Below, piece by piece: positions 35,850 to 45,051 of a stretch of DNA of 64,000 nucleotides. The DNA lies in IMG/VR virus record IMGVR_UViG_3300020188_000808, positions 186,001 to 250,000 of that record; one strand, 5' to 3'. The position numbers and the translations under genes are program-made. Numbering within the stretch: the stretch's first letter is position 1; every line of letters starts with the position of its first letter. The notes beneath the pieces are model-generated. The model made no database searches, was not told where the DNA came from, and saw only the letters and a program-made list of their open reading frames with translations.

Positions 35850-36359
35850 TCATGCCATTGACAAAGCAAGTTCCGTTGTTTCGTCTACTCTACGTGTCCA
35901 ACCTCGACCAAATGTTTCAAAGGTCTTTAATCTTTCGTAGTATCCTTGACGGTCTTCTTGGAACTCTTTAATAGTTTCTTTAAGTCCATGTGTGTCAACA
36001 TATTCAGCTAATTTCTTTAGCGTGTTAGGACCAATTCCGCCATCAGCTACTGTACCAATCATAGTTTGTAAGTATTTTGCTGAACGTCCTGTACCGGCAT
36101 TAACACCAAAGTCAAATACACATAAGTCTAATCCACTTGGTAGTTCATCGCCTTTAACACGATCCCAATAATTCTTTTTGTAAATTGGAGCAACATCTGC
36201 GACTGTTAAGTCTTTCATGTCTTTTGTTCCGCCCCATTCTTCATACACACGTTTTGTAACACCCAAGTTAGTTTCGCCACCTGGATCTTTAGGGTGATTT
36301 ACATATCCGCCCTCGTGGTGTAGAATAGTTTCTAAACATTTTTGATAGTTTTCTTGCAT
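35850..36359 (-). CDS. endolysin, glycoside hydrolase family 108 with C-terminal peptidoglycan-binding region
   Basis: HEGGYVNHPKDPGGETNLGVT, DFGVNAG, FGRGWTRR. Confidence 0.92.
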   Translation of the reverse strand: MQENYQKCLETILHHEGGYVNHPKDPGGETNLGVTKRVYEEWGGTKDMKDLTVADVAPIYKKNYWDRVKGDELPSGLDLCVFDFGVNAGTGRSAKYLQTMIGTVADGGIGPNTLKKLAEYVDTHGLKETIKEFQEDRQGYYERLKTFETFGRGWTRRVDETTELALSMA

Positions 36360-36370
36360 TGTAATTTATC

Positions 36371-37081
36371 CTATTTTGTTAGGACTACTACATACCCATT
36401 GTTCTCAACCAAATAATTTTGACCATACTTTGATATATTGTAGTCTCCAATATATTTAGTTAAGTAAATAATCTCGGCAAAAGAATTGGCATCATATGAT
36501 TCAGTAATTCTTTCGTGGATGTCTTTATGCTCTCCAAAATCTACAACATTGTACTGTAATGGTTCAGCATATATTTTTGAGAATTTAATTTTATTTTCAA
36601 CAAGATCAATACTGTCAAGATAGCTTTTACTAAAAAAGTTCTTGTAGTTGTCCATATTGTTTTCGTTTACTCTTATTTCGTATGCACCTTTATCTAATGG
36701 AACTGTTGCTAAAATGTTTTCCATTTGTGCTTCTTGGCTTTTAAAACTTTTGTAATAGCGGAATTTAAACTTATCTATGTTAGCTAATTTACCAACACCG
36801 TCTAACATTTCTATGATTTGTTTTGGAACATCTTTATGACGTTCAATTTCTACAAATACTTTATATGTTCCATCAGTCTGTTCTCCTGAAGTAACATCAG
36901 CATCTAGTATGTAAGGATAACCTTTCTCAAAAAAGTTCATTAAATCTTTTGCTGGTCCTTCAGACATGCAACTAAAACTGCATACTACAATATCCTTATC
37001 ATCACCCATTTTACTTTTAAAACTATCAATTTCAAAAATAGGTAAAACTAAATCGTTAAGATCTCCGGCAATCAATCCCAT
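36371..37081 (-). CDS. hypothetical phage protein
   Basis: 236-aa ORF, TAATG-coupled. Confidence 0.75.
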   Translation of the reverse strand: MGLIAGDLNDLVLPIFEIDSFKSKMGDDKDIVVCSFSCMSEGPAKDLMNFFEKGYPYILDADVTSGEQTDGTYKVFVEIERHKDVPKQIIEMLDGVGKLANIDKFKFRYYKSFKSQEAQMENILATVPLDKGAYEIRVNENNMDNYKNFFSKSYLDSIDLVENKIKFSKIYAEPLQYNVVDFGEHKDIHERITESYDANSFAEIIYLTKYIGDYNISKYGQNYLVENNGYVVVLTK

Positions 37082-37602
37082 TATACTGCTCCACCTTCGA
37101 CTGCGGCAGTTTCGCCTTCTTGTGCAATGTCGTCAACTGCTGGTTGAGTTGAAGCTACTGCTGGTTCTTTAACATAATCCAATTGTTCTTTGTATCCACT
37201 ATAGATGTTTAAAATAAGTTCTTTAGGCATTTTAATAGTTACTACCCAAACAGGTTCTCTATCTAGTTTGCCTTTCTTAGTACCAGGTCTAATATCGCTT
37301 GGTTCTTTAATTTTGCGTGGTTTAAGAATAGCTGTTTTTTCGTATGATACATAACAGTCGTAATCTAATAGACGTTTTCCACCTGCTGGATCAGGCATCT
37401 TATCTTTAGGCCACATAAATGAAGCCGCTACCCAATGTCTTTCAATTTTAGGTCCTTCAACTAACTCACCATCTTCCCAGTTAGCATACACGTATAGATC
37501 TAATTCGTCTAATACACGTTCAAAGTCTTTTAAAACACTTAAAGCAGTATCACTTTCGTATATACTTTCAATGTTTGTAATAATATCTAATACATCACGC
37601 AT
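37081..37602 (-). CDS. hypothetical phage protein (late)
   Basis: 173 aa; late promoter at 37629..37636. Confidence 0.75.
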   Translation of the reverse strand: MRDVLDIITNIESIYESDTALSVLKDFERVLDELDLYVYANWEDGELVEGPKIERHWVAASFMWPKDKMPDPAGGKRLLDYDCYVSYEKTAILKPRKIKEPSDIRPGTKKGKLDREPVWVVTIKMPKELILNIYSGYKEQLDYVKEPAVASTQPAVDDIAQEGETAAVEGGAV

Positions 37603-37689
37603 GTCGTTTTCACCTATTCTTATACACTTATTTATCCGGATACGATCTATAAGTGTGCAGTTTTGTCTTGTGACCCAAATGGTAAATAT

Positions 37690-37738
37690 TAGTGTAGGGC
37701 AGTAATACTGTGAATCTACAGTGACTGTCTTTATACTA
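37690..37738 (+). promoter_or_regulatory. long hairpin in the phoH 5' leader, just after a TAAATA motif (37683..37688)
   Basis: TAGTGTAG/TTATACTA, GGCAGT/ACTGTC and ACTGT/ACAGT nested stems. Confidence 0.45.
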
Positions 37739-37758
37739 ACTCATGAAGGAGGAACTTA

Positions 37759-38478
37759 ATGGGTGCTAAAAGACGAGCAAGAGCTCATAAAACCCCCGCT
37801 GATAACAATGTTATTAGCTTTTCAAAACCACAACAAAAACAAATCAATATACTTCCTAGAAACAAAAACCAAGAAACATATATGCTAAAACTGTTGGACC
37901 CGAAGAAAGACATAGTCTTCGGTGTTGGTCCTGCGGGAACCGGTAAGACCCTACTTGCGGTCCAGGTGGCTATTAAGTTATTCAAAGAAGGCGCAATTGA
38001 TAAGATTGTTGTAACAAGACCTGCTGTTTCAGCTGACGAAGATCTTGGTTTTTTACCAGGAACAATGGAAGAAAAAATGGCTCCATGGACAAGACCTATC
38101 TTTGATGTTTTTAAAGAGTACTTTAGTGCTAAAGAACTTGAAGGTATGATGTACGATGGTGTTATTGAAATTTCACCGTTAGCTTATATGAGAGGTCGAA
38201 CATTTAAGAAATCAATAATTGTTGCAGATGAGATGCAAAATGCAACACCAAATCAAATGAAAATGTTACTAACACGTATTGGTGAGAAATCACAGATGGT
38301 AGTAACAGGCGATTTAGCTCAAGCTGATAAGTTGAGTAATAATGGTTTGATTGATTTTATTAAATCGTTAGAAAAACACAGAGAAACAACGCACATTGAC
38401 ATAGTCAGATTCCAAACTCATGATATAGAAAGGCATGATGCAGTTAAAGAAGTATTAGCTGTTTATGGCGACGAGTAA
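37759..38478 (+). CDS. phoH: PhoH-family ATPase
   Basis: GPAGTGKT, TRPAV, LGFLPG, YMRGRTF, DEMQN, GDLAQ; GGAGG SD. Confidence 0.95.
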   Translation: MGAKRRARAHKTPADNNVISFSKPQQKQINILPRNKNQETYMLKLLDPKKDIVFGVGPAGTGKTLLAVQVAIKLFKEGAIDKIVVTRPAVSADEDLGFLPGTMEEKMAPWTRPIFDVFKEYFSAKELEGMMYDGVIEISPLAYMRGRTFKKSIIVADEMQNATPNQMKMLLTRIGEKSQMVVTGDLAQADKLSNNGLIDFIKSLEKHRETTHIDIVRFQTHDIERHDAVKEVLAVYGDE

Positions 38479-39231
38479 TTAATCATCACCTGGAAGATCT
38501 ATGTCGTTTTGATCAACGATGTAGGTCTTCTTAGCGTGTTGCCACTTAGACCAACTGTTAAAGATCATTCTTTGCAGTCCAATGATAGCATTGTGTCTAT
38601 CAACTGCGGTCTCACTTAGATTTCCTGTACGAGCAACAACTGTTTCTCTCTTAATAGGAATCAGTTGGCACAAAGGTTCACCCATTTTAATTGTTGTAGG
38701 CTTAATTTCTTTTAGCATAATATTAAGCGGACTAACTAATGCACCTAAGTCATGGTCAATAATACCAGGAATTGCTTCATAGTTTCGATCTTCATGATAA
38801 AACATAGGTTGATATAAAACACTCCAATTAGACTTGCTCCATATTCTCCAAGGACAATCTAATTTAACCGCGGCTCTTACACCAAACTTAGTTAGTAGTT
38901 GTGTTTCATTCTCTACTTGATCTGCAGGATGATATGCAGAATTATAAGCTGGATCACTATAGCGTGTTTCTACGTAATTTCCATCATCACTTGGTAAAAT
39001 TTCCATATCGCACCAAGCAGGAATAACAAATCCAGTCTCCATAAAATCTTTAATGCCTGGGCATCCTTTTACAGTTTGTTCACTGTCAATTTTATGCTTT
39101 TGTTTATTAATATACGCTGGCATCTTTTTCCAGGCTGTAGGTTTAAATTCACCAGCTGGTCTAATAGGAGCATGTTTGCGTACAGCCCACCTTTCAGTTT
39201 CAAAAAATATTACTGGTTCTGGATTATTCAT
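38479..39231 (-). CDS. hypothetical protein (DUF6065-like)
   Basis: KGCPG, GFVIPAW, IKMGEPLCQLIP. Confidence 0.6.
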   Translation of the reverse strand: MNNPEPVIFFETERWAVRKHAPIRPAGEFKPTAWKKMPAYINKQKHKIDSEQTVKGCPGIKDFMETGFVIPAWCDMEILPSDDGNYVETRYSDPAYNSAYHPADQVENETQLLTKFGVRAAVKLDCPWRIWSKSNWSVLYQPMFYHEDRNYEAIPGIIDHDLGALVSPLNIMLKEIKPTTIKMGEPLCQLIPIKRETVVARTGNLSETAVDRHNAIIGLQRMIFNSWSKWQHAKKTYIVDQNDIDLPGDD

Positions 39232-39904
39232 TAATTGTTTCCATCAAAGGAAATATTTCTGCAATTACCTTTGCACATGCATGAGCAATATCCATATGTT
39301 CTTTTTGTGTACCATTAGCACCACGTAGATCAATGTAATGTAACCAACTACGCAAAGTACCATTCATGTACAGTCGTGTTTTAGTACAACCTTCGGGCAA
39401 TACTGCACGAGCTTGTTCTTTTGCAATACCGTTATCAATTGCCCACTCGTATGCTTCTTTAGACGCATCAATTACTTTTTGTTGTTGCGTTTCCCAATCA
39501 TTGAGTAGATTCATATCTTGTTGTGTATTACCTAGTGCAATACTATTTTGTCTGTTCTTTGTGTCCTGTAGTCGTGCTTCACGTAATACAAATTGATTGC
39601 CAAACTCTGCAGGATCTGCATAACGCTGACTAAACTCTTGGAAACTAAAACTACGATGACGCACAATTTGATGTGCAATATCACGTGTAGTATTAATTTC
39701 TAAACAAGCACTAACCATTTCTAAAGGAGACCAATGTTGATGTTTAATCAAATACTTAATTAAACGTTCACTTGTTTCGTTGTTAATTTGTGCCGCAGGG
39801 TTACTTACCTTGGCACAAAAAGCAATAAGTTCCTGTAAATCATCAACACCTTCAGTTGAAAATTCATCCGTTGCTTTTGAGTAACTTACTAGTCTGACCT
39901 TCAT
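39224..39904 (-). CDS. thyX: FAD-dependent thymidylate synthase
   Basis: HWSPLE, RHRSFSFQEFSQRY, NGTLRSW. Confidence 0.96.
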   Translation of the reverse strand: MKVRLVSYSKATDEFSTEGVDDLQELIAFCAKVSNPAAQINNETSERLIKYLIKHQHWSPLEMVSACLEINTTRDIAHQIVRHRSFSFQEFSQRYADPAEFGNQFVLREARLQDTKNRQNSIALGNTQQDMNLLNDWETQQQKVIDASKEAYEWAIDNGIAKEQARAVLPEGCTKTRLYMNGTLRSWLHYIDLRGANGTQKEHMDIAHACAKVIAEIFPLMETINE

Positions 39905-40052
39905 TTTTTAATTCCTTTGTTCGATGTTCTAACCAATTAATGGCTGTGTGTATATGTCCTGTATCATGTTCACGTAAACAAGATTTTGCATATTCAATTT
40001 CACGTTCTAATATAGTAACTGCTATTAGGTTACCGGGAAAGTCTTTTTTCAC
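39864..40052 (-). CDS. small hypothetical protein
   Basis: GGAGG SD before a GTG at 40052 that overlaps the parvulin stop. Confidence 0.55.
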   Translation of the reverse strand: MKKDFPGNLIAVTILEREIEYAKSCLREHDTGHIHTAINWLEHRTKELKNEGQTSKLLKSNG

Positions 40053-40384
40053 CCAGTCCTCCAAATCACATGTACGCCAAATTCTGTTACGAATGGGTGT
40101 GGCCCTAATTCTCCAATTGGAATAGCCGCACACGCAGTCGAAAATTCTACAACCATGTCAGTTGGTTCAAACCAACCTAGGTCGCCTCCGTTATTCTTAC
40201 TAGGACATGCAGAGTTTTCTTTTGCCATTTGATCAAAAGAAACGCCACCTTTTTTTAGTTCTGCTGTAATTCTTTCACCTTCGGCCATTGCTTCACCAAC
40301 GCCTCGACTGTGTGTAGAATTCTTTGCTCCTTTAAATGATAGCAGTATATGACTTGCTCTCATCTTTTTCGTGTTTAGTGCCAT
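40049..40384 (-). CDS. parvulin-type peptidyl-prolyl isomerase
   Basis: RASHILL, FDQMAKENS, GGDLGWF, FGVHVI. Confidence 0.92.
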   Translation of the reverse strand: MALNTKKMRASHILLSFKGAKNSTHSRGVGEAMAEGERITAELKKGGVSFDQMAKENSACPSKNNGGDLGWFEPTDMVVEFSTACAAIPIGELGPHPFVTEFGVHVIWRTG

Positions 40385-40705
40385 TTAATCTCCTTTACCT
40401 GGTTTAGTTGACATTACATCAATTACAGGAATTTTATCTGCTAATACATCTTCTTCTCTGACCTGTGTAATATTGGGCCATTCATAACTATATTTACTAT
40501 TGATCTTAAACCAAGTACCGTCATCCTGATCCTCTGTAATAATAGCATCAACAGGACATTCAGGTTCACATACTCCACAGTCAATACATTCATCTGGGTT
40601 AATAACAAGCATATTTTCACCTTCATAAAAACAATCCACAGGACATACTTCAACGCATGTCATATGCTTACAATTAACACAATTATTATTAACCAAATAA
40701 CTCAT
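40385..40705 (-). CDS. fdxA: 7Fe (FdxA-type) ferredoxin
   Basis: [21 protein letters not shown]...[21 protein letters not shown]. Confidence 0.9.
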   Translation of the reverse strand: MSYLVNNNCVNCKHMTCVEVCPVDCFYEGENMLVINPDECIDCGVCEPECPVDAIITEDQDDGTWFKINSKYSYEWPNITQVREEDVLADKIPVIDVMSTKPGKGD

Positions 40706-40708
40706 AAT

Positions 40709-40954
40709 TTACCCCATCCAGTTCCATACACCTCTAATTGCTAATAGCAAATACATCAATTCCATTAATGCTCTAGGTATATCTTTATCTTTAATTCCCA
40801 TCCAAATCCAGATACTACAACTTGCAAGAGCAACACCCCAACCTATCCATTGTATTTTTGGATCACCACCACTTAATATAAATGCACTAACCATTGCTAG
40901 TATAAATCCTAGCCATCGCCAGCCGTCAATTTTGTGGTAGTAGCGTATTTTCAT
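40709..40954 (-). CDS. small membrane protein
   Basis: 81 aa with three hydrophobic segments. Confidence 0.65.
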   Translation of the reverse strand: MKIRYYHKIDGWRWLGFILAMVSAFILSGGDPKIQWIGWGVALASCSIWIWMGIKDKDIPRALMELMYLLLAIRGVWNWMG

Positions 40955-41865
40955 ACTTTACCAAGTTTAATTAATGTTGCGGCTAAATTAATTTCCGGAT
41001 CAACTACTAATGTGTGATCTACTAGACCTTGTTTAATAATCATAATAGCTTTATCTTGTTGATCAGCATCACCGAATAAATCAATATTGTCATAAAGCCA
41101 ACGATAAATCTCTTCCATCTCTTCAGCTCTAGCACTTGCACAAACAAGTTTACGTGCTTCTGTAATTTTACCTGCTTTAAATAATTGTACCATATCAAGT
41201 TTCCAATCAGCTTCTGTTTTATCAGCTTCGTTGGGTTTAATTAGTACACCGTCTTGTGAATTCATTTGCACCATATTAATGCATTTACGTAAATCTGGAT
41301 ATGTTGCTTTTACATATGTATCAAGTGTGTCTAAGTCTGGTTGTACACCTTCTGCAATTAAAATCTCTGCAACTCTAGCAGTAAACTCTGTTTGATCTAC
41401 TTTTGCAATATGAAATCCTTGACATCTACTGTGCAATGCCGGAATAATTCTATTAGGATAGTTACACGTTAAAATAAATCTGCTTGTAGTATGATATTCC
41501 TCCATAACACCACGTAGTGCGGCTTGTGCGTTAGGCGACAAATAATCAGCCTCATCTAGTAGCACAACCTTAAAGTCACCAAATGGAATCATCTGTACAA
41601 AGTTTACAATCTTATTTCTAACTTCATCTACAGAGTTTGTTCGACTTGCGTTAATTTCTAGTATGTCTAGATCATTTAATTCTAGTTCGTTAAACAGTAG
41701 TTTAGCAAGTGTTGTCTTTCCAATACCTGCGTTACCACTAAACAACAAATGAGGAATAGTTTTGTCTTTAATCCAAGTTTGTATTTGTTTCTTTTGATGT
41801 TCATCTCTGAACACATAACCGTCTACTGTTTTAGGACGATATTTTTCTACCCAAAGTTCTTTCAT
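40951..41865 (-). CDS. clamp loader AAA+ subunit (RFC small / T4 gp44-like)
   Basis: WVEKYRP, GNAGIGKTT, INAS, LLDEAD, SRC, DLRKCIN. Confidence 0.93.
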   Translation of the reverse strand: MKELWVEKYRPKTVDGYVFRDEHQKKQIQTWIKDKTIPHLLFSGNAGIGKTTLAKLLFNELELNDLDILEINASRTNSVDEVRNKIVNFVQMIPFGDFKVVLLDEADYLSPNAQAALRGVMEEYHTTSRFILTCNYPNRIIPALHSRCQGFHIAKVDQTEFTARVAEILIAEGVQPDLDTLDTYVKATYPDLRKCINMVQMNSQDGVLIKPNEADKTEADWKLDMVQLFKAGKITEARKLVCASARAEEMEEIYRWLYDNIDLFGDADQQDKAIMIIKQGLVDHTLVVDPEINLAATLIKLGKV

Positions 41866-42275
41866 GTTTGTGCCTCGCTTATTCGTTTTCTCAAATTAGA
41901 TGTACTAAATGAGTGTTGTCTTTTATTATAATACAATTCTATGCCTTTGTCAACACAAATCTGCTTACCTGTAAACTCTTTATCACGATATTCTTCGCCA
42001 ATAAATCTACGATTCAATGTATATGTTAACAAAATATCTTTTAAATCTTGTTCTGTAGCATAGGGAATAATTTCATCGATATACTTACAACCTTTTAATT
42101 GAACATATCGTTCGAACACACTTTGTATAGGTTTATTCTTTTCTGGTCTATCAATAGTTGGATCTGTTTGTAATCCAACAATCAAATAGTTGCAATTCTC
42201 ACTTGCTTCTTTTAGCATAGCAACATGTCCACTATGGAACAAATCAAAACTGCTAAATGTTATTCCTACTGTCAT
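41862..42275 (-). CDS. TagD-like cytidylyltransferase
   Basis: FSSFDLFHSGH, LIVGLQTD, RQHSFSTS; start MTVGIT at 42275. Confidence 0.88.
   Translation of the reverse strand: MTVGITFSSFDLFHSGHVAMLKEASENCNYLIVGLQTDPTIDRPEKNKPIQSVFERYVQLKGCKYIDEIIPYATEQDLKDILLTYTLNRRFIGEEYRDKEFTGKQICVDKGIELYYNKRQHSFSTSNLRKRISEAQT
41925..41953 (-). promoter_or_regulatory. consensus sigma70 promoter TTGACA-N17-TATAAT upstream of the clamp loader
   Basis: Perfect match inside the cytidylyltransferase 3' end. Confidence 0.75.
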
Positions 42276-42879
42276 AGTTAACTTGCTCCTTTTTAAATAT
42301 AGGTAATATAATATTGCGTTGTCTTGCAAACGGAGTACTCTTACCACTAAACACGTATCCAGCAGTAACACGAGGACTTACATCTTTAACAGGTATGCCT
42401 CTATGTAAGTAACGACTTGGAAAGACGATTAGACGTCCTTCTTTGTATTCCACTTCATCAATTTTTTTACCATCTTTCTCAGGATCGCCATCCCAAAAAT
42501 CCATACCAGTGTCACCGTGAATTAAATAAACCATAGTGTAAGCAGGTACATCATCTCCACTATCGACATGCAATCCACCTGTGTGTTCTTTTGTTGTAAG
42601 ATTAATTTGTACTTGATTTAATTGTATGTCGCCAACATCATTGTCAATTAGATTCTTATGATGTTCAAAGGCGTGCCATACTGCTTTTAGTGTCCACGGA
42701 GTATTTTCTAACTCTGCTTGTGAAAACTGTTGACTAAAGATTTGATGTCCTTGATACTGACCTAAACCTCTATGTCCAAAACTAAGTGGATAATGTAATA
42801 CTTGATTTATAGCTTGGTCATGTAACCATTGTGGAACTACATCATCAAGTATTACTATTTTATTGGGATCATAATTCAT
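42253..42879 (-). CDS. 2OG-Fe(II) oxygenase
   Basis: LHVDS, FPSRYLHRG, PRVT. Confidence 0.82.
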   Translation of the reverse strand: MNYDPNKIVILDDVVPQWLHDQAINQVLHYPLSFGHRGLGQYQGHQIFSQQFSQAELENTPWTLKAVWHAFEHHKNLIDNDVGDIQLNQVQINLTTKEHTGGLHVDSGDDVPAYTMVYLIHGDTGMDFWDGDPEKDGKKIDEVEYKEGRLIVFPSRYLHRGIPVKDVSPRVTAGYVFSGKSTPFARQRNIILPIFKKEQVNYDSRNNI

Positions 42880-42885
42880 AGTTTA

Positions 42886-42914
42886 ATTATAAACTATGTT
42901 TGTTAGAATGTCAA
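42886..42914 (-). promoter_or_regulatory. consensus sigma70 promoter TTGACA-N17-TATAAT
   Basis: Perfect match in the intergenic region. Confidence 0.85.
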
Positions 42915-42922
42915 GTTCTTTT

Positions 42923-43336
42923 TTATAAATCGCCTTTGACTCTATTTTCGGAATAATGTGCATCAAATTCGCCGCCTGGGTATCGTGATTTAAGTTTATC
43001 AATATTCATTTGAATTACTTCATTAGGATCAATATTTAATGCCATACATCCTTGCATCCAATACCACATAACATCACCTAACTCACGTTGCATATGCCAA
43101 ATGTTGTCTTTGTCCAAAGGCTTACCTTGAAACAAGATCTTTTTAATAATCTCAGTAAACTCTCCTGCTTCAGCACCTAACCCCATAGACGCTGTTAATA
43201 GTCTAGGTAAGTTAATATCTCTATCAGTATTGTTTAATGTAGCCCAATGTGATGAAAACGCATCATTACTTGAACTTTCTTTTGATGTTACAGCATCAAC
43301 AAATTCTTTATATTTATTTAGGTCTATTTCAGCCAC
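42923..43336 (-). CDS. mazG: MazG-like nucleotide pyrophosphohydrolase
   Basis: GAEAGEFTEIIKK and RELGDVMWY (ExxE...ExxD). Confidence 0.85.
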   Translation of the reverse strand: MAEIDLNKYKEFVDAVTSKESSSNDAFSSHWATLNNTDRDINLPRLLTASMGLGAEAGEFTEIIKKILFQGKPLDKDNIWHMQRELGDVMWYWMQGCMALNIDPNEVIQMNIDKLKSRYPGGEFDAHYSENRVKGDL

Positions 43337-43363
43337 AAGGTATTCCTCTTCTTTTTTAAAGTG

Positions 43364-43810
43364 TTATGGTGTTCTAACGAAATCGCTAGGATCAATTGTT
43401 GGTTGTGATAAGTCTGTTGAATGACCAATACCAAGATCTTCGGGTGCGTCTTTACTTGTAAGTAAGATAGCATTAACATCAATTAATCTAATATCTAACT
43501 CACCTAGTTCTTCGTCTTCGAGTATAATACTTCTACTCCAACGCCCGTGTTCTACATAAATCCAATCACCAACTTCGTATGGATCTTTATTCTCAGAACC
43601 AATAGCATAAATTTGGCACCATCGTGGACGAATGCCTCTTTCTTTACCATCGTCATGAGTAAGAATAATTCCTCCTTTGGTAGTACGTTCTCCAAAGTTC
43701 ATATTATAAGCAAGTACACCATCATGAATGGGTCTTATAGTTCCTTTGATACGAGTTTTAACTTTCGGGCCTTCTCCAAAGCCTTTAACTACTTCTGGAT
43801 CTAATTGCAT
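43364..43810 (-). CDS. groES: GroES-like co-chaperonin
   Basis: IRPIHDGVL, ERTTKGGIIL mobile loop, VGDWIY. Confidence 0.85.
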   Translation of the reverse strand: MQLDPEVVKGFGEGPKVKTRIKGTIRPIHDGVLAYNMNFGERTTKGGIILTHDDGKERGIRPRWCQIYAIGSENKDPYEVGDWIYVEHGRWSRSIILEDEELGELDIRLIDVNAILLTSKDAPEDLGIGHSTDLSQPTIDPSDFVRTP

Positions 43811-43813
43811 TTT

Positions 43814-44254
43814 TTAGTCACCTTTTTTTACAAAATTACCATCTTCATCTTCTACCCATGCTGTACCTGTTTCATCAGCTTCTTCATCGATAGCCGCCAT
43901 TTCTGCTTCTACTTTAGAAGTAGTAGCTTTGACTGCTTTTTTAGCTGGTGCTTTAGTTTCAGTTGCTGGTACTACTACTTGAGGTTGTGCAACTTGATCT
44001 ATAGCAACATCATGATTGCCTTGATTTGGTACTTCATCTGTAACAGTTTGTGGATGATCTTTATAGTACTCTTCTAAAATATCGTCACGTTTTTTAATGA
44101 TTTGACCGCCTGGGCCTAATTCATCACCACGTGCATTTACTCTAGCATTTCCTACAGCTGGTGTAAGTTCATTACGTTGGCGTAGTAGATCCATATCAAC
44201 GGACTTACCTTGCATACTTTTATAAACTTTACGACCTGATTGCTTCATAGCCAT
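43814..44254 (-). CDS. hypothetical protein
   Basis: 146 aa; GNARVNARGDELGPGG motif; GGAG SD. Confidence 0.75.
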   Translation of the reverse strand: MAMKQSGRKVYKSMQGKSVDMDLLRQRNELTPAVGNARVNARGDELGPGGQIIKKRDDILEEYYKDHPQTVTDEVPNQGNHDVAIDQVAQPQVVVPATETKAPAKKAVKATTSKVEAEMAAIDEEADETGTAWVEDEDGNFVKKGD

Positions 44255-44284
44255 TTTATTTCTCCTATTATATTATATACTTAC

Positions 44285-44806
44285 TTATCTCAGGAACTCA
44301 CGCCAATCCAGGCCAAACTGGATTGAATTTACCTTGTGTACACCTATCAAATATAGCACATATGATGCTACGCTTGATCCACGTCCTACACCCCATACAA
44401 TGTCGTTCTCACGCATAAAGTTCACAAGATATATCATATACTGTAGCAAAGGCTTCATACCTCTGCCTTCAAACTCTGCAAGTTCTTCTGCACATCTTGC
44501 TGTTTCTTCTTGTGTAGTACATTTCTCCAGCACCCAATTATGTACATTAATGGCTTTGTATGCGTCAGGCATGAACCATTCACTTTGACATACACCGTCA
44601 AAAGTCTTTTGATCTACATCTAATGGGATATACTTTTGTAGTTTGCTAAGGCCTTGTTCTTCCATAGCACTATTGAACTTGTCTACGTCATCACTTGGAT
44701 CACATAGTACAACGTGTACCTTATCCGCATGACCACTATAGATCATATCAATAAGATCTTTATTAGAAAATCGTGGAATACCTAAATCGTCAGTTTTCAT
44801 AAGCAT
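44285..44806 (-). CDS. stand-alone DNA polymerase III alpha (DnaE)-like fragment
   Basis: R-x3-EL...YMIYLVNFMREND IVWGVGRGSSVASYVLYLIGVH...EFLR mirrors the DnaE GxGRGS region. Confidence 0.7.
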   Translation of the reverse strand: MLMKTDDLGIPRFSNKDLIDMIYSGHADKVHVVLCDPSDDVDKFNSAMEEQGLSKLQKYIPLDVDQKTFDGVCQSEWFMPDAYKAINVHNWVLEKCTTQEETARCAEELAEFEGRGMKPLLQYMIYLVNFMRENDIVWGVGRGSSVASYVLYLIGVHKVNSIQFGLDWREFLR

Positions 44807-44812
44807 ACACTT

Positions 44813-44841
44813 ATTTTAACTTACATTGATTAGATTGTCAA
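44813..44841 (-). promoter_or_regulatory. sigma70 promoter TTGACA-N17-TAAAAT
   Basis: Read directly. Confidence 0.65.
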
Positions 44842-45040
44842 GATCTTTATTGCCGTTTTCTGGATTTGATTTGCTCGATCTATCAATCATTTCTAATTTG
44901 TATGTGTCTAACATAGTTTGGATTTGATGTTGAGCATCAGGATTTCTAGTTTGAAACCATTTCTGTGTTAACGAATTAATTTTTTCTACAATTTGTTCGT
45001 CTGTTAGAGAACTTATATCTGATAGTAATGGATGATCCAT
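44816..45040 (-). CDS. small hypothetical protein
   Basis: 74-aa ORF. Confidence 0.7.
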   Translation of the reverse strand: MDHPLLSDISSLTDEQIVEKINSLTQKWFQTRNPDAQHQIQTMLDTYKLEMIDRSSKSNPENGNKDLDNLINVS

Positions 45041-45051
45041 TAATTAATACC

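Noticed and set aside
44285-44806. Frameshifted full-length dnaE
   Set aside because: The downstream sequence is a short intergenic region and an unrelated gene with its own SD; no PDID motif was seen after the stop.
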